Of a stretch of DNA of 64,000 bases, positions 40,140 through 53,112 are shown one piece after another (positions within the stretch are counted from its first letter, which is position 1; each line of letters starts with the position of its first letter). Location of the stretch: NCBI RefSeq assembly GCF_006345805.1, contig NC_042998.1:15810001-15874000 (forward strand), given 5' to 3'. Below the pieces are notes generated by a model. The model had not been told where the DNA came from, made no database searches, and worked only from the letters and a program-made list of their open reading frames with translations. The position numbers and the translations under genes were made by a program. Source of the DNA: Octopus sinensis (Eukaryota).

Positions 40140-40386
40140 CTCGTCTTTCTGTAATCTAATGTAAATTGGAACAGAAAATATTTCGCACATGTGCAACACT
40201 TTTTGGGTGTAAGACTTAATTTTATCTCTCCCCGCCACTTCCACCACTGCACAAATATATTTAACATGTCCGTGAAGAATGTGTATTCCGTTCGATTCGA
40301 AGGTAAAAACAAGTTTCTTACAATAACCAATTTCATTAATACAGACACATACAGACATGCATTCAGTTTCATACGTTACACTGTAT
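40140..40386 (-). CDS. Candidate exon (247 nt; alternative donor at 40322 gives 65 nt)
   Basis: Strong pyrimidine tract tttctctccatttctctctttatgcatag|A; open frame YSVTYETECMSVCVCINEIGYCKKLVFTFESNGIHILHGHVKYICAVVEVAGRDKIKSYTQKVLHMCEIFSVPIYIRLQKDE; donor GAG|gtgaat. Confidence 0.35.
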
Positions 40387-40541
40387 CTATGCATAAAGAG
40401 AGAAATGGAGAGAAATATATAATGGGTGAAACTATAAGAAGATATAGCAAAAAACATTAACCCTAATATGCACACATACAAATTACACAAAAACGCTCAG
40501 ACACATATATATATATAGTGAAAATGTGATTGGAAGAATGA

Positions 40542-40598
<57 letters not shown>

Positions 40599-40916
40599 TA
40601 GAGAGAGAGAAAAGGAGAGATATTCAAGTGAAAATGAAACAGCGATCCACACATTCAATTTCTATATTTTTATTAATTTTCATATTTCGAGTATGTTATT
40701 GGTGTTATATGAGGTGTTACTTAAATGAAAGAAAAAACAACTTGGATATGCGACCAGATCAAACGGAAATGTATTGAAAGCTATAGAATAACGGTTCTCT
40801 CTTTCTTTCTCTCTCTCTCTCTCTCTCTCTCTGTAACACACACATACACACACCCGCGTTCATACATGCATACACACCTTATATATATATATATATATCA
40901 TAAACATATATATATC

Positions 40917-40971
<55 letters not shown>

Positions 40972-41333
40972 ATATATATGCACGCATCTGTATACATACA
41001 TGTTTGTTTTGTGTGTGTGTGCATATACATGAATACACACATATACATATATGCACACACAATATATACAGATATTAAACGTGACAGTAATTTAGATGTT
41101 TTAGCAAATCTGGCTTTTGAAGCTTTTGGAAGAATACCAATATATAAACAAACTTGGGATCCAACTCGGGAACAAGTGGTTAGAACGGATACTGTAGTTT
41201 ATAAAGAATAAAAAGTAAAGAGACGGATTGGGATTGCCTTCATTTTATATAAATACCTGGGAAAAAGGAAGAGCTAATATGTTTTTGGTAATCATTAGGT
41301 GCGAAATTTTGTCGCCATATTAAGAAATACTTA

Positions 41334-41445
41334 AGACAGTGAGCTGGCAGAATTGTTAGCACGTCAGGATTTAAAATGCCACCAAAGTCGACTTTGCCCT
41401 TCATGCTTTTGAGGTCAATAAAATAAGTACCATTTGAGTACTTTG
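41334..41445 (+). mobile_element. Internally deleted SINE-B
   Basis: gagctggcagaattgttagcacg...aagtcgactttgcccttcatgcttttgaggtcaataaaataagtacc. Confidence 0.7.
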
Positions 41446-42606
41446 GTTAAACTTCCTTCCATTTTTCCCAAAAGTTGAAATCAATATTTGGTAAAGTTTC
41501 ATTAGTCCGTCATCAAATAGTATTTTACAGAGAATTTATAAAAGGATATTGTTGCAAGCTTAATGCTTTCTTTCAGAAGAAAATCCTTAAATACTTTATA
41601 GTTGCAAAGGGGCTGTTTTTATTTTCGAAAATTAAAAGTATTATTTGTAAAGTACGAAATGAAAAGGGCTACAAAATTTCTGTTATACTATTTCGTAGAT
41701 CTGATACTTATTTTTAATTAACTATAAGTATTATTCTAGGAATTATATATGACGGTTAGTAATCATTGTATATTTTTCCATTTACGGAAGACATAAAATA
41801 GCCGCTAAAAATATATAATATGGAAAGGATTTATACAACTAATGCACTAAAATGACTGTTAATTCTCTCAAAAAATTCTCTTTACACTTAAGCAAGAATT
41901 CTCAGACATATTATGAATAAATAATTTTAGAAAGACAGGGTTATTGAAACATAACTTTAAATCTTAATTATATTTGCTTCCATAATTTCAGTTAAAAGTA
42001 CTAAAGGAATATAAATCAATAAAATTAAATATTTTTAAAATTATACTTATTGTATTGTTGAATATGTAAAGAAGCTCTATTTTGATAAATATATTTTATG
42101 GCTTTTAACGTTACGTTCGCAGCAAGCGGTGTAATTTAACAATGCGTGTAAGAGAGAAAATTGGACCTATGGGGTACCGGTGTAATTTTATATATTGTAG
42201 TTTAAAATCAATAAAATTTATATGTGAAAAATATCAATTGTTATTAAAAGCAATTTATAATACATAATGCAGTAATAATATTAAATTATATTTAAAAAAT
42301 AGGTATATATTTTGGTTGAGAATATTAATGTTGAAAATTCAGACACACTACAGGCGGTGCAATAATGAGAGCGTACATGTGGAAATAAATACAGTATGTA
42401 TTTACAAAACAGTCTATTCATTGCTATATGTGAGAAAACAAGATAACTCTTTGCCTATATAGTCATTTATTCTTCTCTAGACTACATCACAAATAATAAA
42501 AACATACAATGCTTTATTCATGTCCAATATACGTATTTTTGAACGAGCAATACCTATATATAGCATATACTTATACCCACACACATACACATATATATGT
42601 ATGTAA

Positions 42607-42640
<34 letters not shown>

Positions 42641-42649
42641 TATATATAG

Positions 42650-42699
<50 letters not shown>

Positions 42700-43029
42700 C
42701 AATTAATCAATTTAGGGTAGCAAAAAATTCAGTAAAAATTTATCGCTACCAGCGACCTAGTGGCCTATGGTAGACTAGCGGCCTATGGTAGACTAGCTTA
42801 ATTTAATTTAATTAAGCTGGTCTATCATTAAAAACACCGAAACGATGCATCGTATAAAAGATGAATTAGGGTAAACGTTTTTAAATTTTCACCTTATTTC
42901 CGAATTGCACTACTTGGCGGTTTGGGTTCTGGCTGCTCTTTCTGGTGGACGAATGGCCTGTTTAGGCCATTCCTAAATTGCTATATATATATACATATAT
43001 ATATATATATACGTGTCAGGCTGTACTAT

Positions 43030-43400
43030 TCGAGGATAAATCCTGTGCACGATACAGGACTACGCCGGACATCCTATCATGAAATGATGGTCATAATTTG
43101 TTAGCTAATCTTCCGGCTCTATGTTCAGCAGATGTAAGGCATGTTTCACTACCATGCAGCGACGTACATTTGGTGAAATTAGTGTATTCTTGCATCATCG
43201 GCACCATTCTTCAGTTGAATCTTTCCATACTCGTGAGCTGATACGGGTTGGTATTTTAATATCTCCATATTCTTTTAGCGCTCCATATCCGAGATATTAG
43301 TAGTCATGTGGCAAAGGCGGGAGAACTTCTTTATCTGATCCTAGTATCCTCGTTTCAGCATACAACTTGTTAGCCAACTTGTTATTGGAAGCATAAGAAT
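43030..43400 (-). mobile_element. Heavily decayed RTE/L2-type LINE fragment
   Basis: Minus frame contains TSLHGSETCLT, matching the LLYGSETW motif after the RT core. Confidence 0.4.
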
Positions 43401-44289
43401 AGCTAAAAATCAATTATTACTAAGATGCAACAGGTGCAGCATAACCGTAATTCATCTTGCCCTTTTGTCTCTGTCTGAAGTGAGAGGGATTAAAGCCCAT
43501 GCCATATGTCTAATACGTGGTTAGATCTCCTTGTTATGTTGCCGAAGTAACACGTAAAATGATGTTTCGAAGAGCGTAGGTATGAACGGAAAGCCTTGCT
43601 TGGTGTCTTTCTGGCAATAAAAGTGCCGAGGTAAATACACATAATACTGCATCTTCTATTTTCTTAGCACCGCGTCCCCTGTTTTCTCTCCCACACTCCC
43701 TGTCACCATCGTACTAACGGCGTTACTATGTTGTCTCCATCTATACTAGACTCGTTACACTCCATTGTACCTTTCGTCTTCGAAGTATCATATCATGCAT
43801 TACATTTCTGGTGGGCATTCAGGGTGTAAAGGGCAATGTAAAGGGGTCCCTGCGAACTATTGAGAATGCGTAAGTGACGTCGATGAAAGCGACGCTATTA
43901 CGTTATTCTTATGCTGGTGATGGGCGTTGCTTGTATTTCATTTGGGATAACACACAGAGTTAGGAATATGCGGTCTTTACAACGCGAATGCTCACCAAAA
44001 TTGTAAGGCATCATATACTTCGAAGACAAGCATAGCACTAGTTCAGTCACCCTTCTATGGATTTGACGAATTCAAAATAATAGAAAATTAATGCAAATAT
44101 CTACAAAACATGGAGCGATCAAAAAGGAAATATATCCACAGTTCTGAAACACTTAGGAATTACATACGTTAGAACTTGTACTAACACTCTGGAATGCTAA
44201 GAGAAAAAAATATGTTAATAATATGCCCTAGAAGAGACCTTTCAGAGTAACGTAAGTACCTTACTCTGGGATATGTCCATAAAAAATAT

Positions 44290-44425
44290 AAAACCCTTCC
44301 AACCAAAATGTCATCTGAATGCATGTGGCTATATATCTCAGTAAGAACTGGGAAAAAAGATCAAAACAAATGGATCTCAAATTAGAAATAATGGGAATGC
44401 GGTGCCTCAGAAGAGTCGTAAACAA
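44290..44425 (+). mobile_element. Decayed RTE-type LINE fragment
   Basis: LKLEIMGMRCLRRVV resembles the LEAFEMWCLRRIL motif. Confidence 0.35.
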
Positions 44426-44430
44426 TTGCT

Positions 44431-44720
44431 ATGATTATTGGTGTTTTGGGAATGATCCAAAAAACACCCAAAGAAGTAATGAAAGAAAACTTCAGGACAT
44501 GCGATTATAGATAACATATAAATAATAACAATGCTGCACACCTCACACATCATACACAGAGCACATTCACTAAAATGAAACAGCACCAAAACAAACGACA
44601 GCATGTGACCAGATCAAAAGAGAGCTACAGTCACTCGGTGGTGCAGCGAAAGCACGCAATGAAAATATCATTGCTAAACGATAACAACAAAAACAACGAC
44701 AACAACAGCAATAATAATAA
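44431..44720 (+). mobile_element. Older R4/Dong 3' end fragment
   Basis: IIGVLGMIQK; 3'UTR ctcggtggtgcagcgaaagcacgc aligns with ctcggtagtgaagtgaaagcacgc of the 38081 copy; ends in (AAC/AAT)n. Confidence 0.6.
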
Positions 44721-44724
44721 TAAT

Positions 44725-44937
44725 TTCAAATTTTGGTACAGTGCCAGTAGTTGTGTGTGAGGGGGTAAATCGATGACATCGACACAGTATTCAACTGGTA
44801 CTTATTTTATCGACCCCCGAAAGTATGGAAAGTGAAGCGGACCAGTCAGGAATTTGAAGTTGGAACGAGAATAGGGATGAGATGCCGGTAAGCATTTTCG
44901 AGGCATGCTAAAGATTCTTCCAGTGTGCTGACTTAAA
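44725..44937 (-). mobile_element. Old SINE-B copy with alternative tail
   Basis: aactggtacttattttatcgacccc.gaaag...ggaatttgaa...taagcattt...tgcta. Confidence 0.65.
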
Positions 44938-44939
44938 AT

Positions 44940-44980
<41 letters not shown>

Positions 44981-44989
44981 TACTACTAC

Positions 44990-45025
<36 letters not shown>

Positions 45026-45694
45026 TAATAATAATAATAATAATATTAATAATAATAATAATAACAAAAACAACAATGATAATAATACTTGTATACATGT
45101 GGATATGCATGCCTGTGTGATTTGAAAATTACAATACAGAAGAAATGAAAGTTATGAAATAAAATAAAAATAATTTACACAAGGGTGTTGTTCGTAACTA
45201 ACAAAAAACTTACAATAAATTGAAAATAGATGCAATTCAGAAGATACAACTTAGTCGCTTTCAATCAATGACGTAGAAAAACGTGGCAGAGCGAAACCTT
45301 GGAAATGCTTTAGATTTCTGTCTAATAAGAGACAAATATAAACAGCTCTCGACAACTGTAAATAAAAAGAGATATATTCCAGATTTAATTTTATTTTAAT
45401 GATTGAACAACCAGTTTAAAAAGGGAAGTGCTTAAAGAGCTCGAAATAGAAATGAAACGGAGACATGAAATTTCTATAAATCAGAAGTAATATAGATTTT
45501 GTGAGCAAAATCTCATAATCATGGACACGAAATTCAGTTTGAAATATCTTCAGTTTAAGTAGCTTCTGTTTAAAAGAACTTATATAGGAAGCTTTCATGG
45601 CAGTCATTGGTACTTTTCTGTGATCCAATCATACAGGAATATCAGAACCAAAGCAGAAAATTATTTAAACAAACTGAATGAAAGCTAAACCATA

Positions 45695-45902
45695 TTCTTT
45701 TACTCTTTTACTCTTTTACTTGTTTCAGTCATTTGACTGTGGCCATGCTGGAGCACCGCCTTTAGTCGAGGAAATTGACCCCAGGACTTATTCTTTGTAA
45801 GCCCAGTACTTATTCTATCGGTCCCTGTTGCCGAACCGCTAAGTTACGGGGACGTAAATACACCAGCATCGGTTATCAAGCGATGGTGGGGGACAAATAC
45901 AG

Positions 45903-45958
<56 letters not shown>

Positions 45959-46118
45959 GACGGGCTTCTTTCAGTTTCTGTCTATCAAATCCACTCACAA
46001 GGCTTTGGTCGGCCCGAGGCTATAGTAGAAGACACTTGCCCAAAGTGCCACGCAGTGGGACTGAAACCGGAACCATGTAGATGGTAGGCAAGCTACTTAC
46101 CACACAGACACTCGTCCT
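45695..46118 (-). mobile_element. Full-length SINE-A
   Basis: Same layout as 24975. Confidence 0.9.
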
Positions 46119-46864
46119 GGAATCTCAATACTTAAAGACACCTGTAAAGACACGACATAATTTAAATGACACATAAAACAAACAACAAAAAAATAAAAGC
46201 TACGAAATGTATGCTTCAATCTGAAGCAAGTTTGAAAAGGTATCTGAAATAAGTCGTTCAGCGGTTCTAGCTAATGAAAACCGAACTGTTATATTCGAAG
46301 GAAAATAACAGTTCACCTACAAACCAAAATTATGTTTTCAATAGCTAGTTCAATTGAAGAACGGACAATACGTCAACAACAGCGAAAAAGATAGAAGGGA
46401 ATAGCGGAGTTGATGGAATAATAATGGAAGCTGTCCAAAATATGGAACACGGCTACAAGCAATCGTGAGAAACCTTACCGGGAAGATAATTACCGCAGGT
46501 AGTAAAAAGATTAACAAACAATGTGTAGGTAACAAAGAATGACAGCCTTTCAATTTACTTTTTAAGATAATTAATGGGGACATACGGACATGAACAATAT
46601 ATATAAAAAAAAGTGATGTACAGTAACATAGAGTTTGAATGAAGGAAATCCTTTTACAGACTCTTTTACAGACTCATTTTATTCTCTAAAACTAAAAAGA
46701 AATCAACTAACAGTAAATTTAAATAAAAAAAAAGGAGAGACTGCTTCTGGGAAGACGTCGAACATTAAATGCAATAATATTGCAATGAATAAATTAAAGT
46801 CTAGAAATACAAATACTGCAAAATCTTACATAGCTATACAGGAAAATTTTAAGATAGAAAGCTA

Positions 46865-47027
46865 TACAGGAGTGGCTGTGTGGTAAGTAGCTTGTTTACC
46901 AACCACATGGTTCCGAGTTCAGTCCCACTGCGTGGTACCTTGGACAAGTGTCTTCTGCTACAGCCTCGGGTCGACCAATGCCTTGTGAGTGGATTTGGTA
47001 GACGGAAACTGAAAGATGCCTGTCCTA

Positions 47028-47080
<53 letters not shown>

Positions 47081-47132
47081 ATAAGTCTGTGTGTCTGTGT
47101 TTGTCCCCCTAGCATTGCTTGACAACCGATGC
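46865..47132 (+). mobile_element. SINE-A, tail truncated
   Basis: Head, internal microsatellite and start of tail. Confidence 0.85.
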
Positions 47133-47134
47133 CA

Positions 47135-47520
47135 TCACCCAACTGGTACAAACTATATTGACCTCGAACAGATGAAAGGCGAAGTCAGATGCGGTGGAGC
47201 TTGAACGCAGGACCTAAAGACGGACTAAATGACGCCAATCATTTTTTGTCGTTTGTGCCAGCTCGACACCGTAATGGTAATTGATAAAAATAATAACAAA
47301 AACCACAATATTACTAGCAAAACAACAATAATGCCTGTAATGATTTCTGTTGCAATTATTTTTGATCGTTATTATTTTCCAGAAAATTAGCAAACTGGCG
47401 GAATCGTTACCATAACGGACAAAATGCATAATGGCATTCCTTTCGGTTTAAACTTTGGAGTTCAAATACCGAGGATGTAGACTTTGGAATCTATTCTTTC
47501 AGAACCAATAAAACAAGCAT
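47135..47520. mobile_element. Two degenerate SINE-B fragments (47135-47240 minus, 47394-47520 plus)
   Basis: aactggtac...gatgaaaggcgaagtc; ctggcggaatcgtta...gagttcaaatacc. Confidence 0.5.
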
Positions 47521-47776
47521 CAGTTGAGTGTTGCCGTTGATGTAATGGCCTACCTGTTCCAAGCCAAAAATTCAGGCCTTGCGCCAATATCAAATACCAT
47601 TATTGTTTGGAAACATTGATATAGATAATTTTCTTAAACTTTATCATGATAAATTTTTAAAACACATGAATTAGTCTCGCTGTATAGCATTAGCTACTTC
47701 ATATCTAGCTTCACGGTGACTAGAAATAATTGTGTAATATCTGAATGCAATATAAATTCCATATCATAATATACGT

Positions 47777-48018
47777 CACCGTCTTCAAGCCTAGCAAGAC
47801 TCATGGGGTCGGTTTCCCGGTTTCTGTGGCGTATGTGTTCCCAGTCCATCGCAGCGTTACTCAAGAAACAGGAAGAAAGAGTGAGACAAAGTTAGGGCGA
47901 AAGAGTACAACAGGGGTTGCCACCCCCCTGCTGGAGCCTCGTGGAGCTTTAGGTGTTTTCGCTCAATAAACACACACACAACGCCCGGTCTGGGAATCGA
48001 AACCGCGATCCTCCGACG
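47777..48018 (-). mobile_element. SINE-C variant (5'-truncated) with a different tail from the 60409 copy
   Basis: gattcccagaccgggcgttgtg.gtgtttattgagcgaaaacacctaaa...cttcctgtttct shared with 60409; then ctgcgatggactgg...gaaaccgggaaaccgacccc. Confidence 0.8.
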
Positions 48019-48572
48019 ATTTCTGAAAAGTACAGTCGTCACTGCACGTTCGATATTCAAATTTCAGTGTTGTTAATAAGTTGGTAGAACTTGATCTAAA
48101 TTCAATAAAAAAAAAATTACATATATCATGTAGTATATTTTTTGAGAAACTACTGTGGTTCAGCAAGTGGTGCCATTAATTTTAGAACTATATCTCATAG
48201 GGTTGCTTTAGATTGCATATACAGAGTACTGATGAAAAAACAAAACACCACCCATCCCCCAAAATATATATTTGCAACATTTTCATTCAAAAGTATGTAT
48301 TAGATATTAATATTGATGCGAAAACCCAAATGCTGGGTTCCTCCATATTAAAAACACTGTAGATCTGTGAATTAAGGTTAGAGTGCAGAGAAGGAAAAAA
48401 TAATAGAAAGAAAAACGGCTGAACACAGCATACGTATCAAGAATCCAATAGAGAATAATGAATAATGAGAAATTGTGAAAGGTAAAGTGTACTAGTGAGA
48501 TATAAGAACTGATTTGCTTTTTAGCAAATCCTTTTGAACATCTTTCATCAGCCACACACAGTTTTTTCCGTG

Positions 48573-48618
<46 letters not shown>

Positions 48619-48698
48619 TGTGTGTATATGTATATATGTGTGAATTTATGTATGTATATATGTGTGTATATATGTATATATGTGAGTATTTATGTATG

Positions 48699-48734
<36 letters not shown>

Positions 48735-49007
48735 TAGAGTGTTAGGTGTGGTGTAGAGATACTGAGTATTGAGAAAAACGATCGTCAGAATTTGGGGAAA
48801 AGATATTTTTTTATTTATTCATTATTATTAAGTCTTTCGTTCGTTTCTCGAACTCGTCAAATAGAATTTTGTGAATGTACAAATAGCTTGTTCATTTATT
48901 TAAAACAGATTTGCGGGGAGGGTTAGAAAAAGAGTACATTTTTTTTTTATTGGGTGAGGTTCCATCACGCCGAAGAAAGATAGCTAGAAATATAGGTTGA
49001 TAGGTTG

Positions 49008-49008
49008 G

Positions 49009-49058
<50 letters not shown>

Positions 49059-49059
49059 T

Positions 49060-49130
<71 letters not shown>
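49008..49130. repeat. (GATA)n microsatellite
   Basis: Direct reading. Confidence 0.95.
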
Positions 49131-49131
<1 letters not shown>

Positions 49132-49253
49132 AGAGAGAGGGGTAGAGAAAGAAGAGTATCCCACTTCCTATTTACTACTCACTTATTTGGTCATTTACCA
49201 TTGTATCGGAATTGGTTTAAAGATGGCGACCTCTTTAAAATAAAAAGAAACAA

Positions 49254-49465
49254 GCGCAGGAGTGGCTGTGTGATAAGTAGCTTGCTTACCAACCATATGG
49301 TTCCGGGTTCAGTCCCACTGCGTGGCACCTTGGGCAAGTGTCTTCTGCTATAGCCCCGGGCCGACCAATGCCTTGTGAGTGGATTTGGTAGACGGAAACT
49401 GAAAGAAGCCTGTCGTATATATGTATATATATATATATGTGTGTTGTGTGTATATGTGTGTGTTT
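49254..49465 (+). mobile_element. SINE-A head half ending in its internal microsatellite
   Basis: gcgcaggagtggctgtgtgataag...gaaagaagcctgtcg(TA)n. Confidence 0.85.
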
Positions 49466-49830
49466 GGGAATATGTCCACGTTTATACTGTGTAATTTCGA
49501 TGTTTTGCATTAAAAAACAAAATCACACTTCTTTCAATTCCATGTTTTTGCATTACAAAACATTAGTATAACACTTACAAATTAGAAAAACACGCAAAGC
49601 CACACATATACACTTCAATATTTACAGACATGACAATATGTTTCCAATATTTGAGTTATATTTAGAATACAAATTGCACTGTCTCCGTTTTTCTCTCAAG
49701 CATTGTTTTTTTACTGCTTGGCAGACGGTCAGACCGTCATTTGAAGATGTTTCTTTCAAATATCATCATTGATTTTCTTGAATAAAATTTATTGAAAAAA
49801 AGCTGCAATAATTATGCACCAACCCGATAT

Positions 49831-50243
49831 ACTCTTTTACTCTTTTACTTGTTTCAGTCATTTGACTGCGGCCATGCTGGAGCACCGCCTTTAATCGAGC
49901 AACTCGACCCCGGGACTTATTCTTTGTAAGCCCAGTACTTATTCTATCGGTCTCTTTTTGCCGAACTGCTAAGCCACGGGGACATAAACACACCAGCATC
50001 GGTTGTCAAGCAATGCTAGGGCGACAAACACAGACACACAAACACACACACACACACATCTATATATATATACATATATGCGACGGGATTCTTTCAGTTT
50101 CCGTCTACCAAATCCACTCACAAGGCTTTGGTCGGCCCGAGGCTATAGTAGAAGACACTTGCCCAAGATGCCACGTAGTGGGACTGAACCCGGAACCATG
50201 TGGTTGGTAAATAAGCTACTTAGCACACAGCCACTCCTGCGCC
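49831..50243 (-). mobile_element. Full-length SINE-A
   Basis: Same layout as 24975; the 5' end is duplicated at 50249-50265. Confidence 0.9.
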
Positions 50244-50274
50244 TATATGCCACTCCTGCGCCTATGTACACGAT

Positions 50275-50890
50275 AATTATTCTTAACTATGTATAGTTCT
50301 TTGTGGTGTGTTTCACGATCGCTACTTATATTCTTTGCACGATGTTTTAGGCACTGAGCAATCCCTCTCTTTACACTGTATGGATGGTGGGAATTGAAGT
50401 TGAGGTATCGTCCAGTAAAGGTCGGCTTGCGGTATACGGATGTTCTGAATCCATACTTGGTGCGTGTCATTAATACGTCCAGGAGTGCCAGCTGATTGTC
50501 TTTTTTTCCTTTTCCAGTGTGAACTGAATGGAAGGCTTTATTGAGTTTACCTGATCGAACAGAACATGGACATCTTCCTGGTGGAGCCAGAGTATAAAGA
50601 TGTCCAAGTGCTGTTAGAACATGTGAATTCAATAAAGTCATCCAAGCAGTTCACAATGGAAAAGAAAAAAGACAATCAGCAGGCATTCCTGGACGCATTA
50701 ATAGCATGCACCAAATATGGAAAAGTACCTTAGGAATGAGAACCCAGGTTCAAAATTTCCCCAAAACACCTGATGAAGGCTGGAACGTTGTGTTAACAAC
50801 AAGCAAGATGAAGACAAATATCTGTCAAATGTAAATAATGTAAATAACGTACATAATCCCTCATCTCTTAAATATAGAACTGTAAAAGAT
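50275..50890. mobile_element. Penelope-like element remnants: two RT fragments in inverted orientation plus a terminal segment with a deleted hammerhead
   Basis: Minus 50275-50533: LLDVLMTRTKYGFRTSVYRKPTFTGRYLNFNSHHPYSVKRGI (typical PLE RT thumb). Plus 50565-50725: DIF...LLEHVNSIKSSKQFTMEK...AFLDALI. CTGATGAAGGCTGG|AACGTTG at 50770-50790. Confidence 0.8.
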
Positions 50891-51982
50891 AAAAGATACA
50901 CACCTTACACACACACACATACATACGCAGAAACACACGCACGTGAGTGTATGTGTGTGTCTGTGTATGTGTCTGTGTCAGTGTCTGAGTGTCTATGTGG
51001 GTATTAATGTCTGCATGTCGACTAATAAAAACACTTTTATATCAAACTGTTGGATTAGACGTAGAAGAAAGAGGGCATCTCTGTTTGCATGTCACCAGAC
51101 TACGAACATTTATGTTATGAGTCAGATACTGTTTTTATTTAAGCCTATATATCAAAGTAAGCAGTTGAGATGGGTTCCAATTTCCAGCTATTTACACCGG
51201 AATCGGCAACGATGAAATTTCTGATTGAAATTTCCCTTAGTTGTCAGTTACTCTTGCACATTTTACTCATTGCAATTTGGTTTACTTAATTTTGTTTCCT
51301 TGTTATCTAACATTTAATGATTTGCGCTAATTGATTTAAATGTTGGCTGACGTATTTAGCTGATAGGTTAACTAAGAATATAACTTAAACAAACTGAAAT
51401 TCAACATAATCTTTAGTCCGTTACTATATCCGTTCACATGATATTGAATTTGCGATCACCAACATATATACATACATATGTGTGTGTATGTGTGTCTAAG
51501 TATATGTGCGCATTTGTATGTATTAAGGGATGTGATTAAAAAAAGATAGACACAGATGCAGCCTCGGTTGCATCTCTTTTACACACACGACATATCTATA
51601 TACATATATAAATAACATTTACAAGCATGTATAAAAGAGGGAAAAGGGAAAAGTTCTGGCTTTAAGGTTCTCGTAACCTGCCTAGTTCTTTTATAAGGTA
51701 TAGAAAACCTGACGGACTTCTGCAGTGTGTGAAAAAAATCATAATTACACTCATCTGCCTGTATTTTCTATTACCCAATGCCAGGACATTTTCAGTTCCC
51801 TTTCTTGTATATGTATAGCACACACACAGTCATGTCTATAGAGAATGATATAATGTTAAGTAACGTGAAGTATGGAATTTTAAACTTCATATTTCCACAA
51901 ACTTCCCATTTCATTTCAGCAACGTAAATGATGACACTTTTAAAATTTGTTTCGAAATGCACGTTGTTCATCTTTAGATATT

Positions 51983-52645
51983 CTCTTGGCTTAGCTTTGC
52001 TGAAAAAGATTAGGAAGGTCTGCACGCTCATTCGTGGCTGATGAGGTCGATGTGGGATTGGCGTATCCGATTTCAATGATGACAGAGATATGATTGTCCA
52101 AGATCTGATGACGCAGCTGCATTATTTTTTCGCCTCTGACGTCTGTCTTCAAGAGAGGCACTGCGAGAGATCTGAAGGGAGGAAACACCATCCCTGATGC
52201 TATGGCGCCAAGCAGCACGGTCAGCTGTTAGAGTGGACCATTCACGATAACCACGATAGTCACAAACGCTAAAGGACTTCTTCAGGCAGTCCTTGTAACG
52301 CTTCTTTGAGCAACCCGTGCTGCAGTGGCCAGTGAAAATCTAACTGTACATGAAGAACTTGGTTAGGTGGTCGTCTTTCATCCTGTACTCGTGTCTTGCC
52401 CAACGTAGTCGTGTCTGAAGTAAAATGGCTTTCATGCAAGTAACCATTGCTCGCTTGAGGACCTCAATATCGGTGATGTAGTCATACCAGTTGATGTGGA
52501 GAATGATACGCAGGTAGCGTTGGTGAAAACTTTCAAGGAGCCGGAGATAACAGCGGTAGGAGATCCACGAATCAGGGCCATATAGGAGTATCGTGAGGAA
52601 GACGGACCGGTAGACTATGACTTTTGTGCTGATCTTAAGATGCTT
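51983..52645 (-). mobile_element. RTE-clade (BovB-like) LINE 3' end, pseudogenised
   Basis: KVIVYRSVFLTILLYGPDSW...LLESFHQRYLRIILHINW...LRWARHEYRM...KKRYKDCLKK, then a decayed C2H2 (YLCHH*NR..SHIDLISHE*AC) and a short 3'UTR. Confidence 0.85.
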
Positions 52646-53112
52646 ATTATTTGACACACGCTTGTGTACTATTTACACATCTCTTTCTTTACTACCCACA
52701 AGGGGCTAAACACAGAGAGGACAAACAATGACAGACAAACAGATTAAGTCGATTATATCGACCCCAGTACGTAAATGGTACTTATTTAATCGACCCCGAA
52801 AGGATGAAAGGCAAAGTCGACCTCGGCGGAATTTGAACACAGAACGTTGCGGCAGACGAAATACCGATAAGCATTTCGCCCGGCGTGCTAACGATTCTGC
52901 CAGGTCGCCGCCTTATATGTACTATTTTAGGCTCGCCGCCTAAATATGTACTATTTACATATCAACTTATGTTACTGTTTACCACACGCTTATGGTACTA
53001 TATACCACATGGTACTATTCACGACATGGTACTATTAACCACATGGTGATATTTACATACCAACTTATAGTATTATTTGACACACGCTTATGGTACTATT
53101 TACGTATCAACT
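52643..53112. repeat. Degenerate minisatellite (ggtactatt..accacat-like unit) interrupted by a SINE-B
   Basis: ttatttgacacacgctt.tg.tactatttac occurs on both sides of the SINE; (g/a)tggtactatt recurs at ~17-40 bp spacing. Confidence 0.7.
52684..52912 (-). mobile_element. Full-length SINE-B (tRNA-like head)
   Basis: GGCGGCGACCTGGCAGAATCGTTAG (A box)...GTTCAAATTCC (B box)...tail cttgtgggtagtaaagaaa. Confidence 0.9.

Noticed and set aside
41072-41211. Plus-strand ORF tail DIKRDSNLDVLANLAFEAFGRIPIYKQTWDPTREQVVRTDTVVYKE*
   Set aside because: Looks protein-like, but the acceptor lies in a TA/CA tract, and equally plausible exons can be stitched on the opposite strand; undecidable without RNA data.
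46370-46620. GVDGIIMEAV motif resembling the start of a LINE RT domain
   Set aside because: Single short motif in otherwise unalignable sequence.
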